Source: Squalus acanthias (Eukaryota). Taken from it: DNA of 64,000 nucleotides. The position numbers were made by a program, and so were the translations under genes. Under the pieces are notes generated by a model, which saw only the letters and a list, made by a program, of their open reading frames with translations, searched no databases and was not told the origin of the DNA. Location: contig CM059432.1 of assembly GCA_030390025.1 (NCBI GenBank), positions 104,906,001 to 104,970,000 of the forward strand. Reading direction: 5' to 3'. Shown here piece by piece: positions 49,467 to 61,560 of this stretch; position 1 is the stretch's first letter; the number at the start of each line of letters is the position of its first letter.

Positions 49467-51455
49467 TTAACTATTAACTAGTCAATAGTTGCTAAAAGCA
49501 CTCTTGCTTGTTGGTAAATTAACCATCACTTTGAATCCATATTTCATAATTTCCAAACCCAACCCTTCCTCTCATGCTTATCAACCTCAATTACCTTTGC
49601 AGTGCAAGAAACCCTCTCTCGTTTTTAAGTGGTGCCCCGGATCTTGTACTCTTCAAGTAAATTTCTGTTGATTCACAAATGCCACAGAATAATTTCCTGA
49701 AAAGTTGCATCTGACAGTTTCGCAGGAATTAAGAGGGGGAAAAATCCTTTCATGACAGTTTAACATAAATATAAACACACGATCTCCAGAGTGGTATTAA
49801 CTTCTATACTAGAATCCTCTGCCGTGCAATAATTCAAGTCAGACCAAAAACAGATCCTTGCAGGATAACTAGTCTTTTGATTAACAGCAGTAACAATACT
49901 GGGACTGGGCAAATAGTTGCACGGCTACGGTAGACAAGAAATGGCTAGCATTTAAAGAATTGATACATAATTTACAACAAATATACAATCCTTTAAGGCA
50001 CAAAGATACCACAGGAAAAGCGGTCCAACCGTGGCTAACAAGACAAGTTAAAGATAGCATTAGATCAAAGGAAGAGGCCTATAATGTTGTCAAAAATACT
50101 AAGCCTGAAGATTGGGAGGATTTTAGAATGCAGCAAAGGAGTACCAAGAAATTGATAAGGAATGAGAAAAAAGAATGAGAGTAAATTAGCAAGAGACATA
50201 AAAAGATTGTAAACTTTTCTATAGGTATGTAAATAGGAAGAGATTAGTGAAAGTAAACGTGGGCCCATTAGAGGCAGAGACAGGAGAAATTATAATGGGT
50301 AATAAGAAAATGGCAGAGATATTAAACAAATACTTTGTATCTGTCTTCACGGTAGAAGATGCAAAAAACATTCCGGAAATAATGGGGAACCAAGCATCTA
50401 GAGAGAATGAGGAACTTAAAGAAATCTGTATAAGTAAAAACATAGCACTGGATAAAATAAATGGGACTAAGTGGTGACAAATCCTCTGGATCTGACGACC
50501 TGCATCCTAGGGTTTTAAAAGAGGCAGCTGCAGAGATAGTGGATGCACTGGTATTAATCTTCCAGAATTCCCTAGATTCTAGAACAGTCCCCAAGAATCG
50601 GAAGATAGCAAACATAACCCCGCTATTTAAGAAAGGAGGAAGAGAAAAAATGGGGAACTATAGGCCAGTTAGCCCGACATCAGTAGTAGGCAAAATGCTA
50701 GAATCTATTATTAGGGATGTGGTAACAGGGCACTTAGAAAATCGTAATATGATTAGGCAGAGTCAACATGATTTTATGAAAGGGAAATCGTGTTTGACAA
50801 ATCTGTTAAGAGTTTTTTGAAGATGTAACTAGTTGGATGGATAAGGGGGAACCAGTAGATGCAGTGCATTTGAATTTTCAAAAAGCATTCGATAAGGTGC
50901 CACACAAGAGGTTATTACACAAAATTAGGACTCATGGGATTGGGGGTAATATATTAGCATGGATTGAGGATTGGTTAATGGGCAGAAAACAGAGAGTAGG
51001 AACAAACGGGACTTTTTCAGGTTGGCATGCTGTAACTAGCAGGGTACCGCAAGGATCAGTGCTTGGGCCTCAGCTATTTACAATCTATATTAATGACTTA
51101 GATGAAGGGACGGAGTGTAATGTATCCAAGTTTGCTGATGATACAAAGTTAGGTGGGAAAGCAAGCTGTGAGGCGGACGCAAAGAGGCTCCACAGAGATA
51201 TCGACAGGTTGACTGAGTGGGCAAGAACATGGCAAATAGAATGCAATGTGGGGAAGTGTGAAGTTATCCACTTTGGTAGGAAAAACAAAAAAGCAGAATA
51301 TTGTTTGAATGGTGAGAGACTGGGAGATGTTGGCATTCAGAGGGACCTGGGTGTCCTTGTACATGAATCACAGAAAGTTAATATGAAGATACAGCAAGCA
51401 ATTAGGAATGGTATGTTAGCTTTTATTACAAAGGGATTAGAGTGCAAGAGTAAAT

Positions 51456-52250
51456 GGGGGCTAAATTCGGTTGATTTGCGCCTCCCGTTAGAAATTCAGT
51501 GGGAGGTTAGCGGTAGCGCTAACCGTTAGCGCCGCACGGCGATGACGTCATCGCTGTGCGCAGTGCCCCGCTCGTAATATTGAGTGGCGCCCCCTGACTT
51601 ACCACTGGATGCTATGTCCGCCGGGGTCAGGGGGGCCTACCTGCGGCCGAGGCGGCGCTAGTTAAAGGGGAGGTGGCCGCCTGCCAGCACATAGAAACAT
51701 AGAAACATAGAATCTAGGAGCAGGAGTAGGCCATTCGGCCCGTCGAGCCTGCTCCGCCATTCAATACGATCATGGCTGATCATCCAAATCCAGTACCCTG
51801 TCCCTGCTTTAATCCCCACAGTACACATATCCCACCCTACCCCCATAACCCCACGTATTTAATTCCCCCTAACACATCCCATCCTATCCCCATAACCCCA
51901 CATACTTAATCCCCCCTAACACTAAGGGTCAATTTATCATAGCCAAATCAACCTAACCCACACATTTTTGCCCCCGTTGCTGTCCCTGGTCCCCGTGAAG
52001 CCCCCCCCCCCCCCGCGGGGTGCCGGCTGCTCTCCGTGCACTCATAAGGGGAGGAAAGCCTGCAGTACCGCGGCACGTAGCGCCTCGATATTGGCTTGCA
52101 GCGCCCCAAGAGACACATGGGGCACTTTCAGTAGTGCCCCTCCTACCTCTCGGGGTGCTACCTGGGAAAATTGGCCGCGGGGGCGCTAACTTTTTCGGGG
52201 CGCTAGCGCCCCAAAACACTCCAAAGGGGGCGCTACCCAATTTTTACCCC
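51456..52250. mobile_element. Harbinger-like MITE inside CR1, itself carrying a V-SINE
   Basis: TIRs GGGGGCTAAATT and, as reverse complement, GGGGTAAAAATT, with 3-bp flanks AAT/AAG. Removing the element plus one flank restores the CR1 frame K-S-K-E-V-L-L-Q-L-Y. Confidence 0.8.
51689..51970 (-). mobile_element. HE1-like V-SINE, 5'-truncated
   Basis: Near-identical to 14294-14575, with about four substitutions by eye. Confidence 0.9.
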
Positions 52251-53328
52251 AAGAAGTCTTACTACAATTATACAGGGCATTGGTGAGGCCACACCTGGAG
52301 TACTGTGTACAGTTCTGGTCTCCTTACCAAAGGAAAGACATACTTGCCTTCGAGGGAGTGCAACGAAGGTTCACGAGACTGGCTCCTGGAATGAGGGGAT
52401 TGCCCTATGAGGAGAGATTGAGTAGACTAGGCCTATATTCCCTCGAGTTTAGAAGAATCAAAGGTGATCTAATTAAAACATATAAAATTCTTAAGGGGCT
52501 TGACAGGGTTAATGCTGAGAAAATGTTTCCCCTGGCTGGGGAATCTAGAACATGGGGTCACAGTCACAGAATAAGGGGTCGGCCATTTAGGACTGAGATG
52601 AGGAGAAATTTCTTCACTCAAAGGGTTGTGAATCTTTGGAATTCTCTACCCCAGAGAGCTGTGGATGCTCAGTTGTTGAGTATATTCAAGACAGAGGTCG
52701 ATAAATTTTTGGGAACTACGGGAATTAAGGGATATGGGGATAGTGCGGGCAAGTGGAGTTGAGGTAGAAGATCAGCCATGATCTTGTTGAATGGCGGAGC
52801 AGGCTCAAAAGGGACAAATGGCCTACTCCAGCTCCTATTTCTTATGTTCTTATTTTTAATGCAAGTCAATAAAAGGTCTCCTTGACTTTTGGTATTCCAA
52901 AAAGCATATAGATTCATGAACTAACAGTGCTAGATTCAATGATTTTTAGGGCACTAAATCGACCCCAAACTTAGTCTGTGATCTAAATTTGAGAGTTCAG
53001 TGTTCACTGGCTGCTAAATGACACAAAGGATTTACTCTTAAAACACACAACCAAATCCTCCATAGGAAAATGTGCGTGTGAATATTAGATTAGAATGAAG
53101 AGGGCTTCATGCAACTTCTTCACATAAAAAGTGATCAATACCAAGAATAAGTAAAACAGTGGACGTGAAAACTCCAAATAATTTACAAAGCCATTCAATA
53201 CTGCGATGGAGTGAGAAGAACTATTCGGTCCTTCTGGATGGATAACTATGAGGGGATGAATGGCCTTCATTATGTGTCTATTTTGTGATGTTATGAAATC
53301 TCAGTTGTAGAAAAAAAAGTGGCATATG

Positions 53329-54375
53329 TTATACGAACAATGACGGACAGGTAAAGACCCTCTGGTCCATCCAGCCTGTCCCACACAATTGCTATACCTT
53401 GTGTATCACAATATATACACTCCCCTCCGCAACCCACCCCACCCAAAACCATGTGATCTCCTGGGACAGGCAAAAAACAAGATTAAAAACCCAAAGCAAT
53501 TTGGGAGGGAAAAAATCTGGGAAATTCCTCTTGGACTCATCTAGGCGATCGAAACTAGGCCAGATCATCACCCTGGCCCTGAGTTCCCTGAAGTACCTAC
53601 CTTTTGTAAGAGGTGATCTCCGCTCCAACCAGAAACAGGTCCAGCTCTCGCTTGAATTCAGCAAATCAATGTCCACCGCACGAGACGGCAGCCTGTCCCA
53701 GAGGTCCACTATTCTCTGGGAAAAACTACAGGCTAGGGGTTCCCATCTCCCCGAGGACCCTCGGGTGGATATCATCCAGCCCGGCTGCTCTATTTTCAAA
53801 TTCTTAATTCTTTCTAAAACAATATGTTCATCTAATTTAATACTACTAGTTTTATTAAAATCATTCAATTCTAATAGTCGAGCATTATCTTCAAGAGTGA
53901 AAACCGATGCAAAGTACTCATTTAATATTTCTGCCATACCCAATGAGTCCCTTGTAACCTGTCCATGAACATCCTTCAATACAGGCTTTGACAGTTCAGT
54001 GACTCTTCACATAACTGAAAAAGCTTTTCCCATTACTTCCACAAATGTCTACGATCCTCTTTTCCATTAGCCTTTTAGCTGATCTAATTTTGTTTTCTTT
54101 AGCTGTTCCTTGTACTCAACTCTGCTTAGTTGTATTAGATGCCTTTAATTTATAGAAACAATCTTGTTCTTAAAAACTTTCCATTTGTATTCTATATTGG
54201 TCTCACCACCCAGTAGGGTTAGCCAATTTACCCGTTCCAAATCATCTGCCATTTTAGTGAAGTTTGCGCTTCTGAAATCCGATACGAGTTGCAGATTCCC
54301 AGTATCTTTATATGGTTTCAATTGGCTGGTAGAACTAATGTTGTGGTCACTGCTGCCCAGATGTTCCCCCACATG
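53329..54375 (-). mobile_element. CR1 LINE with the RT domain internally deleted
   Basis: EHLGSSDHN (endonuclease end), MAEILNEYFASVFT and GLDDIHPRVL, then directly FSQRIVDLWDRLP (C-terminus), followed by a ~250-bp 3'UTR. Confidence 0.8.
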
Positions 54376-55089
54376 GAGGATTAAACACCTCCCTCAATAC
54401 CTGTGAAATACAATTCTAAAATCTGTATTCTACATAGAAAACAACTATCCAAGAACCTATACATAAATCCAATCACATTCTTTGGACAGTAATACCATGC
54501 ACACAATATTTTTGTTTAAATTACCAACACTAAAAGAGTGAAATATGAAACAGAAATACTAGATTGTGTAGTGATAAACACCAAAATTCCATTCTGCGAA
54601 GTTGCCCGTCTGAGCTGGAGCAGTGGAATGTGGGTAAGCACTAAAATTCCCTTCTAAGTTGCCTGAAAGGCTGGGTATGTCCCTACAATGAAGGAGGGAA
54701 AATCCCAGAACAAAAAGCAATAGAAATCACCTCCAGCACACAAACAACACCTACAGCTTTTTAAAAGCTGGCTGATGCTTACATCCCCGCAGCTGTTGAA
54801 TGGCTTGGAGAGTCTAGAGAAGGGGGGGGGGCGGGGCAGAAAAGGAGAAGCAGGATGATGCCTTACAATCTTGCACTTGAACAAGCTTTTCAAAGATAAA
54901 CACAATAGCATGGTTAAATGTTTGAAGCATTTTGTTTTGTTTGTTATTTTAAAGAATGGATTACTTTCATAAAGGTCACATTAACACCCTCATCCCCAAA
55001 GCACAGGTCCCATCATCCACGATTCACTGAATAACTTTGTGAATGTACTGCCCGTATGCCTACATAAAACATCCTATATCACTGCAGTT

Positions 55090-55890
55090 ACAGACAGCGG
55101 TGACATGTAAAAATCATCTGTCGAAAGGCAACAAGAGTACATACTAATGCAATCTAAGGTGGGTAAGTGTAAGTGTGAGGTAATACATTGCGTATATGAA
55201 AAAAAAAAGGAATGGGAGAATACACTCAATGGAAATATGCTGAAGGGTGCAAATGGGTTCAAATACCCAGAATGGGTTTTCTGCCCCCCCGCTTCACTAG
55301 ACTCTCCAAGCCACCCTGAAGAGCAAGTGCAGGTAAGATAAATCCATTAAAAAAGCCAATAACATTTTGGGCTTTATAAATATGGACATATAGAATACAG
55401 GTCTAAAAAAGTAATGATAAATTTGTACAAAACATTGGTTAAGCCAGTTAGAGTATGGTGTCCCATAACAGAATAGACAATAAAGCCATACAATTAAGTA
55501 CAATGTGAATTCACCAGGATAATGCCAGGGATGAGAAACTATAGTTATGAGGAGACTCTTGAGATACTGGGATTATTTCCACTGATGCAGAGAAGCCCAA
55601 GAGAGCCTGTAATGAGGGGTCATCTATTTCAAATTGTCGCTAAGAGAGGGAGGAGAGGGGTTGGGAGAAATTGTGTTACACAGAGGATTGTTGAGTATGG
55701 TATGCTTTGTCAAAGGAAGTGGTTCAGGCAAAGACCATTGTATCTTTCAAGGGAAAATTGGATAAATATTTGAAGCAGATGAAAACAGAGGACTGAGTAG
55801 AGTGGGCCAGTGAAATTACTTTTTGTTTGCTCCAGCATAGAGCCGGCACAGATAGGATGGGCTGAATGGCCATCTTCTGTGCTGCAAGAC
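55090..55890 (+). mobile_element. Old CR1 fragment
   Basis: GKCKCEVIH, MPGMRNYSYEETLEILGLFPL and VTQRIV. Tail GATGGGCTGAATGGCC. Confidence 0.7.
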
Positions 55891-56384
55891 TCAATGGTTC
55901 ATAGTAAACAGTCAAACTAAAATAAACTGTCCCAATTCACTTGCTTACCAAGTAAGCCATCAAAAAATTTCAGTTGAACCGAGACAGGATCCTGCACAGA
56001 CTAGAGCTAGCTGGCCACGAAAACTGTCAAACGTGCTATCTACAAGAACGTACACTGATGAGCACTAAGGAATCACGATTTACACATACCGTGCAAAGCA
56101 TTTCTGTTGTGTTGTGAAGCAAGACTTCATGTTGTGACTTTGCAGAAGGTTGTAAGTGCCAAGTTCAGAAAGAATGAGCTTTAAACAAAAAGTTAGCGGC
56201 TTGCCATTCTGCACAAGCACCAGTTCGGGGATGTCTCAAGTCTTCCAGACAGCAGATGGTACAGGGAAACAATTGCGACAATAAAACTGTATCACGCACT
56301 CAGAATCTCTCCGAACCCACCAAATTATGGACACGCTACCCAATACATTTTAATAATATAACCCTGAATGGAAGGAAAGGCTCA

Positions 56385-56715
56385 GCTCCAACATGTGATG
56401 TGGTACTGAGTCACAGAAAGCAGGAAAGTTTCAGGTTGGATCTATGGAATTAGATCACTGCAGCTAGAGCAGTGTGGGAGGGAGTGGTACAATCCTTCTC
56501 AATGTTCCCAGATTGGAAAGGAAGTAACAAATGGGAGAACTCTTCATTACTAAAGTGACTCCATCAGGAAAGGGCACCTGTGTGGATATTAGGTGAGGAG
56601 CATGGGGTTTGACTTTAATCCTCTCCCTCTTGAAATGGTCAAATAGCACACCAATCCATCTTTTCACTCACACATGAAGAATGGCTGCTTGGGCAATATA
56701 CCAGGACTCCTTTCA
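56385..56715 (+). mobile_element. Old tRNA-derived SINE-like remnant, related to 63700-63960
   Basis: GGTACTGAGTCACAG..CAGGAAAGTTTCAGGTTGGATC resembles the 63960 head in reverse. CACATGAAGAATGGC..CTTGGGC-like motifs recur near 57700. Confidence 0.35.
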
Positions 56716-57230
56716 GGAAGGGTGTGGTAATGTGAGCAGCTTGGGTGATGAATTCCCAATGTGGAATAATGAGAATTACACACTTGACTTTTGAAAATAT
56801 TTTAAAAATCATACTGCTCCTTTAAGTTTTCCAAGCCATCCATTTATACTCCCGATGCCCAGTGATAACTTTTAAGCAGATATTCAACAAGTTTGGAACA
56901 ATAACGTTATAACTAAATTAGAGCAAAAACAGTTCATGTCTTTTTATTCTAACGCCACAGATTATCCCAAAACAAATTCAGGATTTAAAGGAAGTGCAAC
57001 GCTGACCAACAGTAAACATCCTCTTAAAACTATGTGGATTCATAAGCTGCTTAATGTTTCTGCTATCCAATTTCAACAATAGAGCAATGAGGTGCCAAGA
57101 AAATCGGTGGTGTCTTTTTTTGAAGTGGGGTGGGGGGGGAGAAAAGAGAGAGAGCACCATTTAATACAAATTCTGACCCCACCAAATTCACTAATCAGTA
57201 ACTGATAAGCTCATTCTACATTGGAAGGCC

Positions 57231-57473
57231 CGATTACCCATTACCATCTCCCTTCGCCTCGCACCATCATCCCTTTTGTCATTTAATCTCTCCTGCCTTC
57301 CACCCTATCTGTTCTTTCCTCCCCTACCACTTTTCCTGCCTCTGTACTTGCTTAAAGCCTGTTACATCTCTAACTTTTTCCAGTTCTGACGAAAGGTCAT
57401 CGACCTGAAACTTTTCTCTCTCCACTGATGCTGCCTGACCTACTGAGTATTTCCAACATTTTCTGTTTTTATT
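57231..57473 (+). mobile_element. Short Penelope-like 3' terminus insertion
   Basis: Matches the 3' ~250 bp of the 29185-30682 copy. 10-bp TSD TTGGAAGGCC (57221-57230 and 57474-57483). Hammerhead core CTGACGA-A-AGGTC-ATC-GACCT-GAAAC with the downstream segment deleted. Confidence 0.85.
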
Positions 57474-59769
57474 TTGGAAGGCCTGAGGTTTGAGTATGAG
57501 TCTATATTACAGTAGCTAATCTAAGGCAGGGCAGTGGCAGGACAGTACAATTGATCGCAGGACCTCGACAATCAACCAGGGTTTCCATTTCGAGATCGAG
57601 AGATTTCTTCTAGAAGTGTGTATATGAGGACACAATTTGGTTTGGCCGTGGTGTCCAATGTGATGGAATAGCCTGCCACTCAGTGACAAGACTCATATAA
57701 ATGACCACTTGGGCAACGTATCATAATTTGCACATTGCATAGATCTGTATCCGAACCAGGAGTTAATGCATTCAAGAAAGATGGGGAGAAAATTAGCGGG
57801 AGGCGGGAAATGGAACTATTCTCTACAAAGGATACCATATCAAGACTGCTCCATTTGCCTTTTGAACCAGATCAAGTTTTATTTTTTTTAAACTCCATGC
57901 ACACTTAGTATTTTAATTTTTCTACATACTTGGTGCATGTGAACACACCCCGCACTTATGTACATAATGTTGAAAAGGTTTGAACACTCAAATCAACAAC
58001 AGTCACCAATTGAACCTCATGATGGCACCCATACCAGACCACCATAATTTGCACCAGAAGTAAATATGAGTACATTAGTAGTCAGACTCAGTAAGGAACA
58101 TTCAACAAACAGCACCAGCGAAGCAGAACTTGCTGAAACATTTTGATTTAACAAAATAGTCAGTCCATAGGGTACAACTTACCATTCGTGATCCTGTTAT
58201 TGCCTCCACAATATATCACGCAAGTTTACAAATAAAAGTCAATAGTCTACAGTATGTTACAAGGCAGTAATTTAATTTTTCTTCAACCATCATTGGTTCA
58301 TGAGAAAGTAGCCCCAAATGAGTTGTTCTCATGAACATGGAAATACATGCCATATCCTGATATTTAATACTGTATTTGTTACTGAATAGAAGAGGTCAGT
58401 GGTGGGCATCTCAATTTGCTTTCAACAAGCTACTTGATCTCAATCCACAGAAACAATGTTATCTATATTCAGGTGAAGCATTATTCCCTAGTATTCAAAT
58501 CTACCTCTTACCCATACAAAAAGTAGATACTGTATTTTGACATATGATAATTACTCAGTGATGTCACTGGGCTTATTTATACTAATGGTATCAATATGCC
58601 AGAGAGGAGAACAAGCTTGTTGTATGACACTCTTAATTCAGCATCAAGAATTAATTCACCCAGTATATTGTGACATACAGGTGTGATGCACGCAGGGGCA
58701 TATATATGTAAATATTAAAAAATATATATAAAAATAAAATATATTTATTTTATATTATGTATATTATAATATGTCTGCATGCACGTTGTCAATTTTTTCT
58801 ATTACAAATTCCCATGTAGAGTCTCCTGTGATATTCTCTGACTGTACTGTAAGAAGTATGTCGTATTATATGGACTGGAACACTGCAACATGCAAAACAA
58901 TGCATTATAGATGCGTGTCACTTTAAGCTGCAAAATCTAACTGATGTTAAACTGGGTGAATTCATGTGCAGGTCAATAAAATGGTTGCGGAAATTGTAGC
59001 TCAGTATTTTCTGTTGCTGGAGAGTTTGTCAGTACATTCCAAATGACTGCTTTTGTTTCTTTGTACTCTCTCTCAGCTCTCCCCCACGCCAATACCTTGG
59101 GCAAGAAATGTGTGTACACATATTTTTATGAAATATTCTTTAAATTTTTTGAACTGCACAGTACAATATCATGTTACCACATTTAAACTCAACCTAGCAA
59201 AGAAAGTTAAAGAAATGGTTGCATACACAACAATTTATAATCTTTGTAGCAAGCTGTTCCCCAAGGTTTGGTTATCTCTTATGGGGAATTGTCTTTATAT
59301 AACTAAAGATCTACATGTCTGTACACTATACTTTGTTCATCACTCAAAACATCCTTCACCTCACCAATAAAATTCTGGATGTCTTAATCTTTCTGAAAAT
59401 GCTGTCTTAAATATAAACTCAAGTTCATGAAATGATGATGCTATTCTCACACCCACACAACTCAGAAACGTGGCCTGGAAGTCCCAGTGGAGCATCATCA
59501 ATTTTACACCACTTCCTATTGCGTCACTGCCAAGCATCACCCAAGATAGCAGTCAGGCAGTGGAGTTGAGCTCCATTGACTCTGGCACAGCAAAAGACAT
59601 AAACTGGAGGTCATGACAAAAGTGCAACCCTGATGCTGCCATTTACCTTCCACCACAAGTTTGACTCCTTGGGTTAACAGACCAAGCAGCAGTGAGTGTG
59701 AATAATGCGTGCACGCAAAGTGTTACCCAAGGAGCCTACATATAAGTAGCAGAGTTCCCTTTGAATCAC

Positions 59770-60790
59770 CTGCAATGGCTTCTGTTCCCATTCCTGTTCT
59801 GTTACCTCTGGAGTTCCCCAAGAATCTATCCTTGGCCCTCCTATTTCTCATCTACTTGCTGCCCATCAGCGACATCATCCGTAAACATGTCAGGTTCCAC
59901 ATGTACGCTGATGACATCCACCTCTACCTCACCCTGTCTCTGCTTTATCACCAGTACTGGATCAGTAGAAATTTCCTCCAGCTAAATATTGGGAAGACCG
60001 AAGCCATTGTCTTCGGTCCTCGCCACAAACTCCGTTCCCTAGCCACCGACTCCATCCCTCTCCCTGGCAACTGTCTGAGGCTGAACCAGACTGTTCGCAA
60101 CCTTAAGTGTCGTACTTGAGCTTCCAACCACATAGCCGCTCCATCACCAAGACTGCCTACCCTCACCTCTAACAACGCCCTACTCTGCCCCGCCTCTGCT
60201 CATCTGCTGCTGAAACCCTCATCCATGCCTTTGTTACCTCTAGACTTGACTATTCCATGGCCGGCCTCCCATCTTTCACCCTACATAAACTTGAGCTCAT
60301 CCAAAGCTCTGCTGCCCGTATCCTAACTCGCACAAAGTCCCATTCATCCATCACCTCTGTGCTCACTGACCTACATTGGCTCCCGGTCCAGCAATGCTTC
60401 AATTTTAAAATTCTTATTCTTGTTTCCAAATCCCTCCATGACCTCGGCCCTCCCTATCTTTGTTGCCTCTTCCAGCTCTACAAGCCTTCAAGATCTCTGC
60501 GCTCTTCCTATTCTGGCTTCTTGCGCATCCCCGATTTTAATCGTTCCACCATTGGCTGCCGTGCCCTCAGTTGCCCAGACCCTAAGTTCTGGAATTCCCT
60601 CCCTAAACCTCTACTTCTCTATCCTCCTTTAAGACGCTCCTTAAAACCTACATCTTTGTCCAAGCTTTTGGTCACCTGTCCCAATACGTCCTTACGTGGC
60701 TTGGTGTCAAATTTTTGTCCGATAATCGCTCCTGTAAAGCGCCTTGGGACGCTTTACTACATTAAAGGCACTATATAAATGCAAGTTGTT
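59770..60790 (+). mobile_element. L2 LINE, 5'-truncated
   Basis: FHMYADDIHLYL, NFLQLNIGKTE, LHWLPV and FWNSLP. Tail CACTATATAAATGCAAGTTGTTG. Confidence 0.9.
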
Positions 60791-60894
60791 GCTGAAGTAA
60801 GCAGGAACACCCAATGTGCATGGCCATTATATCTTGCCTGGCACAATTAAGGCATGTTGAATAGTATCATCCTCAGTGAGCAGGGATGACAAAG

Positions 60895-61560
60895 ACAATA
60901 ACATGGATTTATATAGTGTCTCTGATGTTAAACAATCACAAGGAGCTTAACAGAAGAGGAAGAGGAGCAAATGTCTTTGTGGGACAGTTCGGAGAGGTGA
61001 CCAAAAGCCTGATTGAAGAGATGAGTTGTAAGACGGTTTAAAAGATGGAGATGGATGCAAGTAGACAAAGGGATTTACAGAGGGAGTGCCAGAGTACAGT
61101 CAATGAGACTGAAGGCTCGGTCACCAATAGTGCAGCAAAAGGAGGTGGGATAGACAGGAGGCCAGAGTCATAGGACTGGGGAGGGCGAGAGGGAGTGGGG
61201 GTGAGAATGCATGGTTGGATGATGTCAGGAAGAGATCTGTAGATGAGGATTTTATACCTGATTTGTTGAGGAACATGGAGCTATATAGTTCAGCAAGGAT
61301 AGAAGTGATGGGGCTTAGTAAGCAAGATTTTTTTTTTTTAAATTACAGCTCAGTGAAGTGCCTTGGGGTATTCTTCTGCATTAAAAAGGTGCTATAGAAA
61401 TGCAAGTTGTTGTTGTTGTTTGTTGGCTAGAACGTGGGTGGCAGTGATTCAAATGATTTGGGATTTATGGAGAGTGACGGTCAGGAGGCTGGCAGGAAGG
61501 GTATTGGAAATTTTTTTTATTTAAAAGGTGATAAAAGCATGGCTAAGGGTTCCGGCAGCA
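60895..61560 (-). mobile_element. Old L2 3' fragment containing a short plus-strand L2 tail (~61345-61420)
   Basis: ATTTATATAGTG..., GTGACCAAAAGC and AGAGGGAGTGCCAGAG parallel the 45320 and 6901 L2 ends. The insert ends AAATGCAAG(TTG)n. Confidence 0.6.

Larger units (their letters stand above)
49902..52853 (+). mobile_element. CR1 (HER1-like) LINE, ORF2 with stops and frameshifts, split by a MITE
   Basis: MAEILNKYFVSVFT, NYRPVSPTSVVGKMLE, FQKAFDKVPH, VPQGSVLGPQLFTIYINDLD..SKFADD, VRPHLEYCVQFWSP. Tail TTCTTATGTTCTTAT. Confidence 0.95.

Noticed and set aside
50461..52762. Intact reverse transcriptase gene
   Set aside because: CR1 ORF2 is broken by frameshifts and stops and by a MITE insertion.
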